A stretch of DNA of 64,000 nucleotides, taken from Adineta vaga (taxonomy: Eukaryota > Animalia > Rotifera). A program made the position numbers and the translations under genes. The DNA lies in the NCBI GenBank assembly GCA_021613535.1, contig CP075497.1:5828001-5892000 (forward strand), written 5' to 3'. The notes beneath the pieces are model-generated. The model was given only the letters and a program-made list of their open reading frames with translations, had not been told where the DNA came from and searched no databases. Shown here piece after piece: positions 12,491 to 24,677 of the stretch; the stretch's first letter is position 1, and the number at the start of each line of letters is the position of its first letter.

Positions 12491-12730
12491 ATGATGAAAA
12501 TGCAAGTATATGCCGTTTTATTATTCATTGCTTTAGTCTTCGTTATTGGTCTTCATGCAGTTCCAATGGATATTGATGACGATCTCGAAGCTTTCAAACG
12601 TGATGATATCGATCCACAATGCACCCTCGACTGTGGAAAATGGTGGGTTTGCCGTGTTAGATCATTTTTCCTAAAAAAATGTTCAAAACCAGAAGATTGT
12701 AATTGTGGTGAATTTGCTTGGGAAGGTTGA
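12491..12730 (+). CDS. Secreted cysteine-rich peptide precursor (signal, acidic pro-region, KR, 42-aa 6-Cys mature peptide)
   Basis: Hydrophobic signal MMKMQVYAVLLFIALVFVIGLHA, pro VPMDIDDDLEAFKR, mature DDIDPQCTLDCGKWWVCRVRSFFLKKCSKPEDCNCGEFAWEG. TATA box upstream. Confidence 0.85.
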   Translation: MMKMQVYAVLLFIALVFVIGLHAVPMDIDDDLEAFKRDDIDPQCTLDCGKWWVCRVRSFFLKKCSKPEDCNCGEFAWEG

Positions 12731-13061
12731 AGAAAAAAAATCAACATCAAGTATTTCATATTATTTAAACATTTTAATGTTTTTTTTTATGTTCATCGTT
12801 TTCTAAAAAACATTTCATCTTAATTTGAAATAAATCTGAATGAGCTGAGGATGTTGACTGAATTGTGATATTTCGAATAATATAATAATAGAAAATAGAC
12901 GAAAGCGATACAGAGCGCCCTCTTTTTGTTGTGAAATCTAATTTGCTTGGAGAATTGACCATTATCTTTGCGAATGAAAAGAATGAACTTCTTTCCCATC
13001 ATTCACCTTACTCTCATTCACTCGCACTCGCTGTAAAAGATCAGTAGATTGTGAAATAAAT

Positions 13062-13523
13062 ATGAGTGATTCTTTGTCAAAATTGTCAACAGAATTAGAA
13101 TATTTAATAGATAAAACATGGAATCTATATGTTACTGTTACTGATTTTCAAGCACAATCTCAACCACGTGTGGATCAAGTTCTTAATGAAATTATCGGTT
13201 TATTGAAAGATGTTGATCAAATGAAAGGACAATTTCAAGATGTACAAATTCCTGGACAATTACTCAAGTAAAATAAACGATTTATTTTGAATTTTTAAAA
13301 GAACAGTTATCTATTTAGTTATGTTGATGATCTAAAAAATCCACAAATGTTTACACGCGATTGTTTACAACGCACACTTGAACGAAATGAAGAAATCAAT
13401 GGAAAAAATGAAACACTCGCAAAATTTGCCGATACATTGGCAGTGGAATTAAGTTCACAATTTCCAACACAAATGGCTCAATATCGTTTGTGGAAAAGCA
13501 AATCAGCTTCTGATGATCAATAA
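13062..13523 (+). CDS. MED10: Mediator complex subunit 10 (Nut2), 2 exons
   Basis: LEYLIDKTWNLYVTVTDFQ...DVQIPGQLLN/YVDDLKNPQMFTRDCLQRTLERNEEINGK...FPTQMAQYR. Intron about 13268-13318 splices in frame. Confidence 0.9.
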
Positions 13524-15312
13524 CCATTGTTTTCTATTTGTACACCAGAAAGAAACAACAACATTCTTATTTAATAAATTAGACGAAAATTTTCAAATAT
13601 TTTTCTTATTTATCAATCAATAAAATACTGAAGTATATGATGAAGTTTCAAATAATTGTTTCATGAATGATTTGTACTGCTTGTCAGAATACCAATAATC
13701 CAATTTAGAAAATTATTCATGAAAAAGAGAAAATAGTATAAGATGAAACATTAACTAGTATTGCTTAAGTTTGAATGAATTGTCGTGCTAAGATATGATA
13801 CAGCTAAATATGTTGACTATGATTTGAATTCATTCACGATGAATCACATTTCGTACCATCTTTCTTGAACATTTGACAACATGACTGGATGTTCGTGAAG
13901 GAAATTTGTTTTTGACGATTGTAAAAGAAAGTGCAAGTGAAGCTCGACGAACTAGCTAGATATTCAGAATAGAATAACTTTACTGTTGTTGGTTCAGCTT
14001 TGATGATCGTCACGAATATAATGATTTTTCATTCGATTTTTTGTCAATCAGGGCAAATATCGAATGATTTTAAGTATTAGTGACGATCTTCCGAACATTC
14101 TGCTTATTTAATTGAACTTTGCCATTCCGACATCCATGACAAATGCTTTATCGTTTTCCTTTTTTCTGCAGTTCGTAATGAACATGTACTACGCAAGTCC
14201 ATAATAATGAGATGGCACGAAACGCAGTTGTCTCATTGATAGAAGTATTGTATTAGATTGAATTTATTAACTTTCGTGTAATACTATAAATTGAATTCTG
14301 TATCTATCAATTATCTTACATATCATTATCGTGTTACATATGTTTGCTGGTTTTTCGAAGACATCTAAAGATATCAGATCATACACTCTTACAGTCCACA
14401 ATATATCAATATAGATCGTTTTCAATTTGTCATCAATAAAGCCAAAATCGATTTGTTTCAAATATACTTGAGAAAAACGTGTATATCATTTGGAATCATA
14501 TGTCTACTCTAACATCTTTTTTCCTATCAAGCAAATTCTGTATATAATAGTATAAACATCTGGCTCTTCTTATTAAATACTAAAAAAGGCATTGTTTTCT
14601 CAGTCAAAGTAACGAAATATACTACACTATATAATGTGAATTAACACATAGACTTTCTCTCTTAACGTTTTCTCGATTATTAGTCGAAAGAATCTTTTGT
14701 CTATCTACTAATTGATACTATTTCCAAGCATAGTTTTTTGTCTGTGACCTATAAATATTGATGCAAACATTATGTTGATTGTGTACAGTATGATATCACT
14801 ATTTTTTTGTTTGATCAAATTTGATTCTTGAAAAGAAAAGATAAAAGACAATTGACAATACACATCTTTCTTCTCGAGCATACATGATTTTTCTCATTTT
14901 TTAAACAAGACAATGTTTCAATAAGTTTTCAAGTGGCTTGATCTTGAAGGTTTCATGCTGTTTGACATGTATTATATCTCTTTTAACGATAGAAAAATCA
15001 TCGATTGGTTTGATGATGTACATATAAACCAATGGAATAAATAGATATAGATCGAGAATGCTATTTTTCTTCTTCTTCTTCTTCGTTTCTCTTTTCTCTA
15101 CTATCATCGATCGACCCAAAAGGAGATGAAAAGGAAAATTGACTGACTGACTTCTTCTTCTTCTCTTGATATTCTTCGATCGACTTTTGCTAATTATTTT
15201 TTTTCTCACATATACATATATTTCTTCTCTAATAGTTAATCATCCTATTCGAATCAGGTGAGTTTGAAAATATTCGATAGATAATCGACTAAAGAATTGC
15301 TCTTGAAGTAGT

Positions 15313-16310
15313 ATGGAAGAACAACAACGTTTACATGCATTTTCTTCTCATATTCAACATTATTCACCAATGGATTATTCTCGTTTTCCGTCAACCTATC
15401 CAATACGTCCTTATCATCATCCTACAGGTACTTATTCAAGTCAAACAGATTGTTGGTTTCCAACACCATCACATTCGAATGTACCGTCACAACCAGCATC
15501 TTCAAAATATGATTCAACATTTGATTATCATACTCATCCTTATGTTGCGTATAATCCTCAACAAACAAGTTCAACTACTGATCTAGATTATAAAACGAAT
15601 ACGTCAGCATCAACAAAAGCGACAGTAGCAGCCTATTTTAATTTCAATTTCAATTGTGAACAAGCCCATAATCATCATCATCATTTATTTGCTGAAAATC
15701 CTGCGATAGGAACTACATCACCGCAATTAATGTCTCCAAATAATTACAAACAAGTGATTAATAAAAATCAAAACCTAAATGATCTTTCGTCAACAATACG
15801 ATTAAGTCCAAAGGCTTCTTCTTCTGGTAGTTTGTACTACATTAGAATGATTATTTTTAAATTTCTTCTCTTTTTCTTATTCATTTAGCTTCATCATCGA
15901 ATGAATCTTTATCGATGAATAATGGTGTTAGTCCAACTCAGTCAGTTCCTATTAATACAAAGCCACGTAAAGAACGTACAGCATTTACAAAAAATCAAAT
16001 TCGTGAATTAGAACGTGAATTTTTAAAACATAATTATTTGACACGTTTACGTCGTTATGAGATTGCTGTTGCACTTAGTTTAACTGAACGACAAGTGAAG
16101 GTAATTAAAGAAGAGAAAAAAACTTTTCTTTTACGAATTTCTTGTTTTCCTTTTCAGGTATGGTTTCAAAATCGTCGAATGAAATTTAAACGTGTTCGTG
16201 GAGCTGTCTTAGCTAAAATCGATAAAGTCAATCAAAAAACATCTTATCATTCACCAAACGACGAACAAGATGGAGATTCGGAAGATGACGAAAGCATTGC
16301 TAGCCACTAG
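15313..16310 (+). CDS. Mox: Mox/Meox homeobox transcription factor, 3 coding exons
   Basis: Homeodomain [62 protein letters not shown], diagnostic for the Mox family; N-terminal His run. Confidence 0.96.
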
Positions 16311-18259
16311 AGTTTTTTCTTCTTTTTCTTTTCATTTCTTTTCTTTTCTTTTTTTGTTGCTGTATAAATAAACATAAACGATTGCTAAAGGAAAAAGGAC
16401 GACAAAACAAATTCTCTCCTACGGCATTTATGTCGTCTTCTTGTTCTTGTTTACATTTCCGGCTTATTGAACTTAGTGAGTCGTCATTCGGTTTTATTTT
16501 GCCCTAATTAACTCTATGCACACGAGTGCAATGGTGTCCAGATGGACGAAAAAGTCGTTTGTATTATTTACACCCCTGCTATTATTTGCGAAGAGCACTT
16601 TATGGAGACACACATATCGGAATAATCATCATTCTATATTTGTTTAATCAATGTCTTTTATATATACAATATATTGAGTAAAAGCAAGTGCTCAAGTGAA
16701 ATTCAGATGTTATTTGTTTAATCTCAATGGATTTCTTCTGTGTGGCAATGATGTGGAACAAGAACAGAGAAAGTAATTTTGTCGTTTTCTCTTTCCGAGG
16801 TGAAAATGAGGCGCAATAGATGATGCTTTCTTTAGGTATCTCTGATCTTCATTGATTGAAATAACAGATGATGAACGTCAAATGTCAAAGCTTTCTTGCT
16901 AATCGAATCGATTGCGCCGACGTTTTCTATGTTGTTGTTGTTCTTTTTTCTTACTTGTGTTAACCATCTGGGACGAAGGGAACATCTTTCATTAAATTGA
17001 GAGAAGAAAGAGAAGGAAATGTCATTTAGTTGAATGATAGATAATTCTTGATTTGTTTCACCTGAGAAATTGAAATAGAAGAAGAGATATTTGTTTTCAT
17101 TTCAAATAGAAATATTTATATAAACTATGAAATGTTTTAATTGTTGTTATTCATACGATCATATCAAATATATATATATATATAAACTTGCGTTCCAGAA
17201 CGAAGGAATGAATAATAACTGTGACCGAAGAATGGGAGGAGTGTACGCACATATGCAAGATGAGATTTCATCAATTGATTAGATCGATATAACAATTGGA
17301 GTAGTTGTTTCTATTTATGGAACTGTGGGAATACTCGAATGTAATGATACCGACATGAAGAAAAAGAGAGATGTCATGGATATCAAAGTAATAATAAACG
17401 AGAATTTAATTATGAGTATATAATATTGGAATTGTTATCAATTAACTATCGAAAATAACATTGATTGTCTATTCAGAAGATCTGATTAACATTCTCAAAT
17501 GAATCGAATTGAGTGAAACAATTCTTACTACTAGATATATCTCTGACGATTAAACATAAGATTTGATTTTATGTACAAAACATAAACAACCGCTGAAATT
17601 GATGATATTTCGATGAATAAAAATATTTGAATGACATTTGGTTAAAAGAAGTCATTGATTGACAGAAAACGTGCATTTTATCATAAATATCTTCATTACG
17701 ATTGATTAGAACTGATTGAATGCTAAACAAATATTCACGTTATTAATCTTATCAAGTAATGCTAATGATACTCTCAGTGTTCATATTCATTATCAATTGT
17801 TCGCACACTGACGTAGTATAATTCATTTTATCCGATATTCATGGTAAAGTTTTGGTGACAACGAATAATTGAATTTCGAAATACAGGAAAAATCTCACGT
17901 TAATTCATTGGTTATTTCGTAAACCAATAAAATATGTTGTCAGTCAAAGAAAGAAAGAAAGAAAAATTGAACAAATATAATTCATTCATTGAAAAACGAA
18001 CAAAACAATTAAAATGCATAAATGCATTTAATATATTCAAATGATCAGTGGTTACTCAACGAATGATATTCACTATATCTATCAATGAGTCAAATGAATG
18101 ATTGTTCGATATCTCTTTGATTTGATCGTTCTTTTTTTTCTATGGACTTTTCTTCTTTACTTGTCTTTTATATTTCAGATTGATTAATCAAATAGTCAGT
18201 CAGTTAGTTAAGCATCTATCTAATCTTATCCATTTTCCCCTTTCCAAATCCATCCAACC

Positions 18260-18307
18260 ATGAGTGAACAAATACCAAAAACGGAAAATGATGACAATGT
18301 TCAAGAA

Positions 18308-18343
<36 letters not shown>

Positions 18344-19599
18344 TATATGAATAATAATAGTAATAGTAATGTCAATAATTCAAACAATGAAGCAAAACAT
18401 GATCGTAATCATGGACAACTTAATGTACGATTTTTAGTCTATAGTCGTGATGCAGGAGCTATTATTGGTAAAAAAGGTTCAAATATTCAATTACTTCGAC
18501 AGACACATAAAGTTCTGATACAAGTGCCTGATTGTGATGTATGTCAAAATGAAATTTCGTCTTTTCGAAAAACAATTTATTTTGCTTTATTTTTCTCCAG
18601 GGACCAGAACGTGTTCTAACAATACAAGGTGATTATGAATCTTCTATGGCAACTATAATCGATATGTTACCAGTTATGAGAGATAGCCAACGTGTACAAA
18701 ATGATCAAAGTGAAATACGTCTACTCATACATAAAAATCAAGCTGGAGCTCTTATAGGTAAATTTTTTTGACGAAGGATATTTTATTTTTTGAAATAAAC
18801 ATATATATATATTTTTCTGAATAGGAAAATCTGGTGAACGTCTACGTGAACTTCGAACAAGACATAATGTTGGAATGAAAGTTTTTGGCTCATGTTTACC
18901 ATTTTCTACTGAACGTGTCGTTGCATTACGTGGTCGTATAGATGATATTCAAGGTTGTCTACGAGAAGCTTTTACAATTCTTGAAGAAACACCTGTACGT
19001 GCACAAATGTGTCTATATGATCCAATTAATTTCGATGTGAATCTTTCAGCTGAATATGGTTCGTCATAGAAATAAGGAAAAAAAGAGTGTTTTTTTCTGA
19101 TTCGAAAAATTCATTTATTCTAGGTGGTTTTTCTGATGGTAATTATGGAGGAATGATGAATCAAGGAGGTGGTGGTTTCAATGGACCACCACCACAACCA
19201 CCACTACCACCACCATCCTATCATGGACCTCGTGATCAAAGAAACTTTGGAGGTCCATCATACAACAATAATAGTAATTATCCAAATGGTCCAGTGGATC
19301 CTTATAATCAATTACCACCTCCATTAGTCACTGGAAATAATCCCAATTACGGTCCACCACAAATTACGACAAATCAAGTGACTATTCCTACTCATTTTGC
19401 TAGTAGTATCATCGGTCCTCGTGGTACTAAAATAGCACATATACGCTATACATCCGGAGCCATTATTCGTATTGATGATCCAGCTCCTGGTTCAAATGAT
19501 CGAATTATAACAATAGAAGGTACATCTGCTCAAATCAATCAAGCACAATATCTCCTTCAAATGGCTGTTAAAGAATCCGGCTTATGGAATGGAAATTAA
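18260..19599 (+). CDS. HNRNPK: hnRNP K-like triple KH-domain RNA-binding protein, 4 exons
   Basis: KH1 [12 protein letters not shown]...VPDCD/GPERVL, KH2 [16 protein letters not shown]...STERVV, G/P-rich linker, KH3 TNQVTIP...IIGPRGTKI...[23 protein letters not shown]. Confidence 0.93.
18308..18343 (+). repeat. (AAT)n coding microsatellite, poly-Asn in hnRNP K
   Basis: Run of aat triplets encoding NNNNNNNNNNNN. Confidence 0.9.
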
Positions 19600-21479
19600 A
19601 CTGAGACAAATCTTTTTGTAAATTGAACCTCATTTACTGAAACAAAATAGAGCACTACTAAACACTCAATCAAGACATAATCTCTCACTTTCGTTGTTGT
19701 TTTTAGTTTTTCTGTTGATTACCTCTGTTATTATTATTGTTGTTCTTGGATATTCATTCTTAAACTTTTTTTTCGTCTTTCTCATGACTTTTCTTGACTA
19801 ATATAACGTTCCACAAAAACCGAGAAATAAAATATCTACTTATTGTTATTTTCTTACAAAATTAACATACAAAAACCAAAAATTCATTCGTTTTTCTATT
19901 CAACAAACTCGAAATAACTTACTACTTGTTCAATATACATTTTACTTTCAATTCACATCAAATAAAATCATCGAGATAGATTCATTAAAAAGATATTATC
20001 CATCACTTGAAATGTACAGATATAAATACTGGATTTTTTTTGTGAAAACAGTATTGATTATTTAGTCATCTTGAAGAATATCATCATGAACTAGAATAAG
20101 AGAAAAAAGATGGATTTCTTAGAGTCAAATTGATGAAGACTTCTAATGAATAGGTCTTACAAAATTATAACATCATCAGTTTTTAGCAAAATAACCTTTC
20201 GACGTTTTAGAAAGACTGGCAAAAACGTCTGATGAAAATTCAGATCTACTCTATGAAAATAATAGTGCAAAAACAGCCAAAATATTTGCTGTATAATATT
20301 CGATTAAATCCTTCAAAGAATGCTAGATATATTTTTCTTTTAATGATTAGATGATTTCACGCCAACAGAAAAACAAGCGAAAACGAACGGTGATACATAA
20401 AACGCGTAGTTTGTTTCTTTTTCTCTTTAAAGATTACAAAGTTTTGCTTAAATATATACTTTTGAAAGAAATCTATAGCACGTACGTCTACAAAAACAAA
20501 ACCAAACAAAAGAAAACCATAATTTGTTTTGTATATATTAATACATGTATCATAAAGAATGAATATGAGCACAAAACCGAACATAGAAATCAACGTTTTC
20601 GAATAATAATTATAGAAATACAACACTCGCGAAAACGAAATAATGGAAGTCTAAATACGAAAGCGACAGAATCTGTTGATCATACATATGTTAGGAAGAA
20701 AGAAAAAAAACCAAGCGCGATAAATCATCATTATGTTAAGCTTATTGGTGTTAGTTTTTGTAAATTACTATTTCATAATGATACAATAATTAAAAAAAGC
20801 ACATAAACTACCAATCTCATATCTCATCTTAAAGATGAACACGAGATTTTTTTTCATACAAAAAAACAAACAGACGAATAGAGGAGTTGTAAATCACTAG
20901 TTATAACACACAAATATATATGTATATATATTTCGACAATGTTCAATAACAACAAACGAATAAACACACACGCACACCGTAATTACACATCAAAAACAAG
21001 AAATGATCATGTTAGGTGAGATGCACTAGAGAAACTGCCATTAGAATATATATCTATATACACTGCCAAAAAACGAAACGCAAAATATATGAAAATCTAA
21101 CAATAATGATTAAATGATAAGAGAAGAAACAACAAACGAATTTTTTCTTAACCAAGCCAAACATGATGAAAACATGGCGGTAATGGAATCATAGTAGCAG
21201 CTTGAAAGAAAAATAAAGAAAATAAATGAAAACATTTCTATTCAGGGTTATCAGCAATTAAGCATGTACCTGCAAAAATCACGACCCATTTTAAGCCAAA
21301 ACATGGCTGACAATACAAATGATGTTGCGCTTGCTGCTGCTGCAGTGTTGTCTGCGCCTGTGGTGTATTTGCTGAGCAAATGCCTTTTAGTTTTAGAAAA
21401 ACAAAGAAGAATGAGTCGTGATTTTTTTTCTCGGGAAATTGTTTTAAGCAAAAATCCGCAAGCATTAATCAAAGCTCAT

Positions 21480-23216
21480 TTATATAGGACATGACTTACG
21501 AAATATGCCAGGTGGGATAGGTCGATAAATCGCTGGTGGAAATGGATGAAAGCCAGCAGGTGCTGTATTCGTCGGATCAGGAAAAATAACTCGATGTGTT
21601 GGATGACCAGATGGAACTAATGGAAGAAATGTTGTATGGAAATATGGAGATGATTTTGTTTGATATCGTAATGGAGTTTGTTTTTGAGCATAGAGAGTTC
21701 CATAAAGTTTATGCCAATTCTTTTCATTTGAACTGTTTTCTATGGTATTTGAAATTGATGCTAAAGGTAAAACATAGTGTGATAGTAAAAACAAAATTTG
21801 AGATTGTTTTTCTTACCAGTTTTATCAAAATCTCGACTACACAGATCATGCCAAAGAAGATTATCATTTAAAGTATTGTAAATATCACGACAAGTTAATT
21901 GAAGTTTACATATCGATTGTACTGGAAGATATTTCGCTAAACGAAACTAAAGAAAAGATTTTTAGAAGATAAAAATGATGCAAATGAATATTACTTTAAT
22001 TTCATTAGGTAAACCAATTAATGTTGCAGTTGAACGTTGTCCCGATTCTGGAAAAATATATTTTCATAGAATTAAACATAGATTTTTAATCGAAATATCG
22101 AATTTACCTTCGAGCAATTTACATAATAAACGATTTGCTATATTATCTTTGAATATACGCGATAATGTACGAAGATCACGATAAGGAAACGTAGCATTTG
22201 AAGATGTTCCTAGAATAAAATAAACAATTTTATTTAAACATGCAATATTGATCGTAATGTACTAGAATAACGATGATAATACTCAAATATGATATATATT
22301 TTTCTTATCACCTGAAATTTTCTATTCATAATCATCAAAATACGGATAACATTAATCACTCTTACAAAACAATAGAGTAATATATGACTGTTTTATTTGA
22401 TCAGACTATCATTCATCTAATGTTAATTCGTTGATTTTTACCTGGTTTTTGAGTTTGTAAATAATCTCCAATATTCAGTGACAATTTCCCACATGCTTGT
22501 GAAATTGCATTTACAACACCTGAAAAAAAAGCGCAAAGAAAACCAAATATGCTATTATTAGAATTAGAAAAAAGGCTCTTTGTTTTACCATCAATTGTGA
22601 TCAATGAATCTGTTTTCATAATTGCTAATGAACATCGAATACGTTCTTCTTCACATAGTTTATGTCGATAACGAATAACATAAAATGTCGATGATTTTCT
22701 CGCATTTTTTATATTATAATTATTTTCTGTATCCTAAAATCACAAATGATATAAAAAATAATTTAATTCACACATCTTTTCATTATATTTTACCATTTGA
22801 AAACCACTTTCAAGCATTAAAGCATGAAGGACAATAATCATATAATCAAATTCACTTTCCGGTTGCGAATCTTCGACAAGTCGATATATTGATATGGGAT
22901 ATGATTGTGAATCTCGTACTTCATCTAATGTTAATGGTTGATCTGTTGATGATAGTAATGGTAACAACATGAAATGATTCTCAGGATCATTGTTTAATAT
23001 ATAAATTGTATCACCATTAACAAGGCCAGATTGTGATATGGTTTGATTTTCATCTAATAAATCTTTTCCATTTAATGAGAGATGAAAATTGCTTTTTTTC
23101 AAGGATGAAAACTGATTTTTGATTTGAATTTTTAAATCACTTAAAGAGAAATCTTCTTTGACATCATCAAATATTGCTAATTGCGTTTGAGTGTGATATT
23201 TTATTCGAAATTTCAT
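21480..23216 (-). CDS. FBXO7: F-box only protein 7-like (UBL, FP/PI31 domain, F-box, Pro-rich tail); possible extra 3' exons to 21148
   Basis: Ubiquitin-like N-terminus (LSLNGKDLLDENQTISQSGLVNGDTIYIL), FP domain IIVLHALMLESGF...YRDLRTLSRIFKDNI, F-box LIGLPNEIK/FRLAKYLPVQSICKLQLTCR...LWHDLCSRDF. Exons splice in frame. Confidence 0.88.
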
Positions 23217-23477
23217 TTTTCGAACAAAACAAACTAAACTCGACCGATAATTTCAAAAAACAGTAGACAGCGCTCTCTTCCTTCTTAAACAAATTAGACT
23301 ATAAGCAAGCAATGAGAATTCACATGATCGTCTTTCTCTATCTACCAATCAGAACGAATGTCGCTGTATGAGAGATTTTCCTTATCAATATAGACAATAC
23401 ATATTTATACATATGGACATGTTTTGTTTTTCACCTTTTATATCGTATTTTAAATCTGATTGTTGTGTCTAGGCAAT
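23217..23477. promoter_or_regulatory. Compact bidirectional promoter between FBXO7-like and tra2
   Basis: Head-to-head ATGs at 23216 (-) and 23478 (+); CCAAT at about 23345. Confidence 0.6.
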
Positions 23478-24677
23478 ATGAGTAACCATGATGTGAGTAA
23501 TTTCCAAGTTCGAAACTTTTCATTTGAATTTTATTTTTCAAACTATGTAGTCTTCGATCGAACGAAACCCCAAACGATCTCGAAGACGTTCATCAACTCC
23601 TCCATCACATAGTCGATCACGTTTATCATCACAACGGTAAAATAATTTTGTAAATTCGAATTCTTTTGAAATTGAAAGAAATAGTTTAATGAAGATTCTA
23701 GAAGATATGTCTTTGATTACTAAGAAAATGAGAACGAGAGCTTTAATTAGACGGAAGTTGTTAGATAACGATGAATTTGTCCTTGAGTTTTGGACTTAGC
23801 GAACTGGTATTCATCTTAAAAATGCAAACAAATAGATGTTTAGTATAGAATATGTTTTTGTTTTTTCTTGAATAGTTCACGTTCTCGATCGTCTCGTCGA
23901 TCAAAACTTAGTCCACTCAGTTCAACAAGTACTCGACAACAAACAGAAGATGGGAAACGATTAGGTCCAAAGCCCAATTCGATACTTGGAGTTTTTGGTT
24001 TATCTTCACGAACAACTGAAAAAGATCTGAAAGGTTGATTTTATTATCTTTAAGCAAAAAAATCTGCAAATGATTCTGTTTTCAGACTTATTTCAAAGAT
24101 TTGGTCGATTAAAAGATGTTCAACTTATTGTTGATAAGAAAACATCTATATCTCGTGGTTTTGCTTTTGTTTATTTTGAAACTGTTAACGACGCGACAAA
24201 CGTAAGAATAAAGAAACTCGTTCAGTTATCAGTATCTCATTTAAATAATTCTTTCCTAGGCAATAGAATCTATGCGTTATGTAGAAATAGATGGTCGAAA
24301 TGTACGTATCGAATATTCCATAACACAAACTGCTCATAAACCAAGTAAGTTATTCTTAAATTTATTTCGAATTATGATTATTTTTTGATATTAATATAAA
24401 AGCACCTGGTGTTTATATGGGCGATCGTATACCTCGTCCATCAAATCGATCAAGAACAATTTATCATCGAATATATGAAGATCGAAAACGGAAACATTAT
24501 CGGTTTGTTCACGTACATATTCGAATAATACGTTCTGATATATTATAGTTTCATTTAGCTCACGTTCTCGTAGTCGATCACCAAGACGAATTCGTATGAA
24601 ATTTGAATTCAAGTAAAAACTTCCATTTATATTTTTCTTTAGATAACGATCGTCGGCGTTCTAGAGATGAACGGTAA
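23478..24677 (+). CDS. tra2: Transformer-2 (RS-RRM-RS) splicing factor, 8 coding exons
   Basis: RS region, then PKPNSILGVFGLSSRTTEKDLK/DLFQRFG...SRGFAFVYF...IDGRNVRIEYSITQTAHKP/TPGVYMG (tra2 linker signature), then a second RS region. All junctions in frame. Confidence 0.94.

Noticed and set aside
13780-14260. Minus-strand fragments that look protein-like (LVRRASLAL, FLHEHPVMLSNVQERWYEM, ICHGCRNGK)
   Set aside because: Interrupted by stops in all frames with no recognisable family; cannot support a pseudogene call without a search.
20351-20806. 151-aa K/I-rich ORF on the plus strand
   Set aside because: A-rich antisense of a U-rich 3'UTR-like region; composition is not protein-like.
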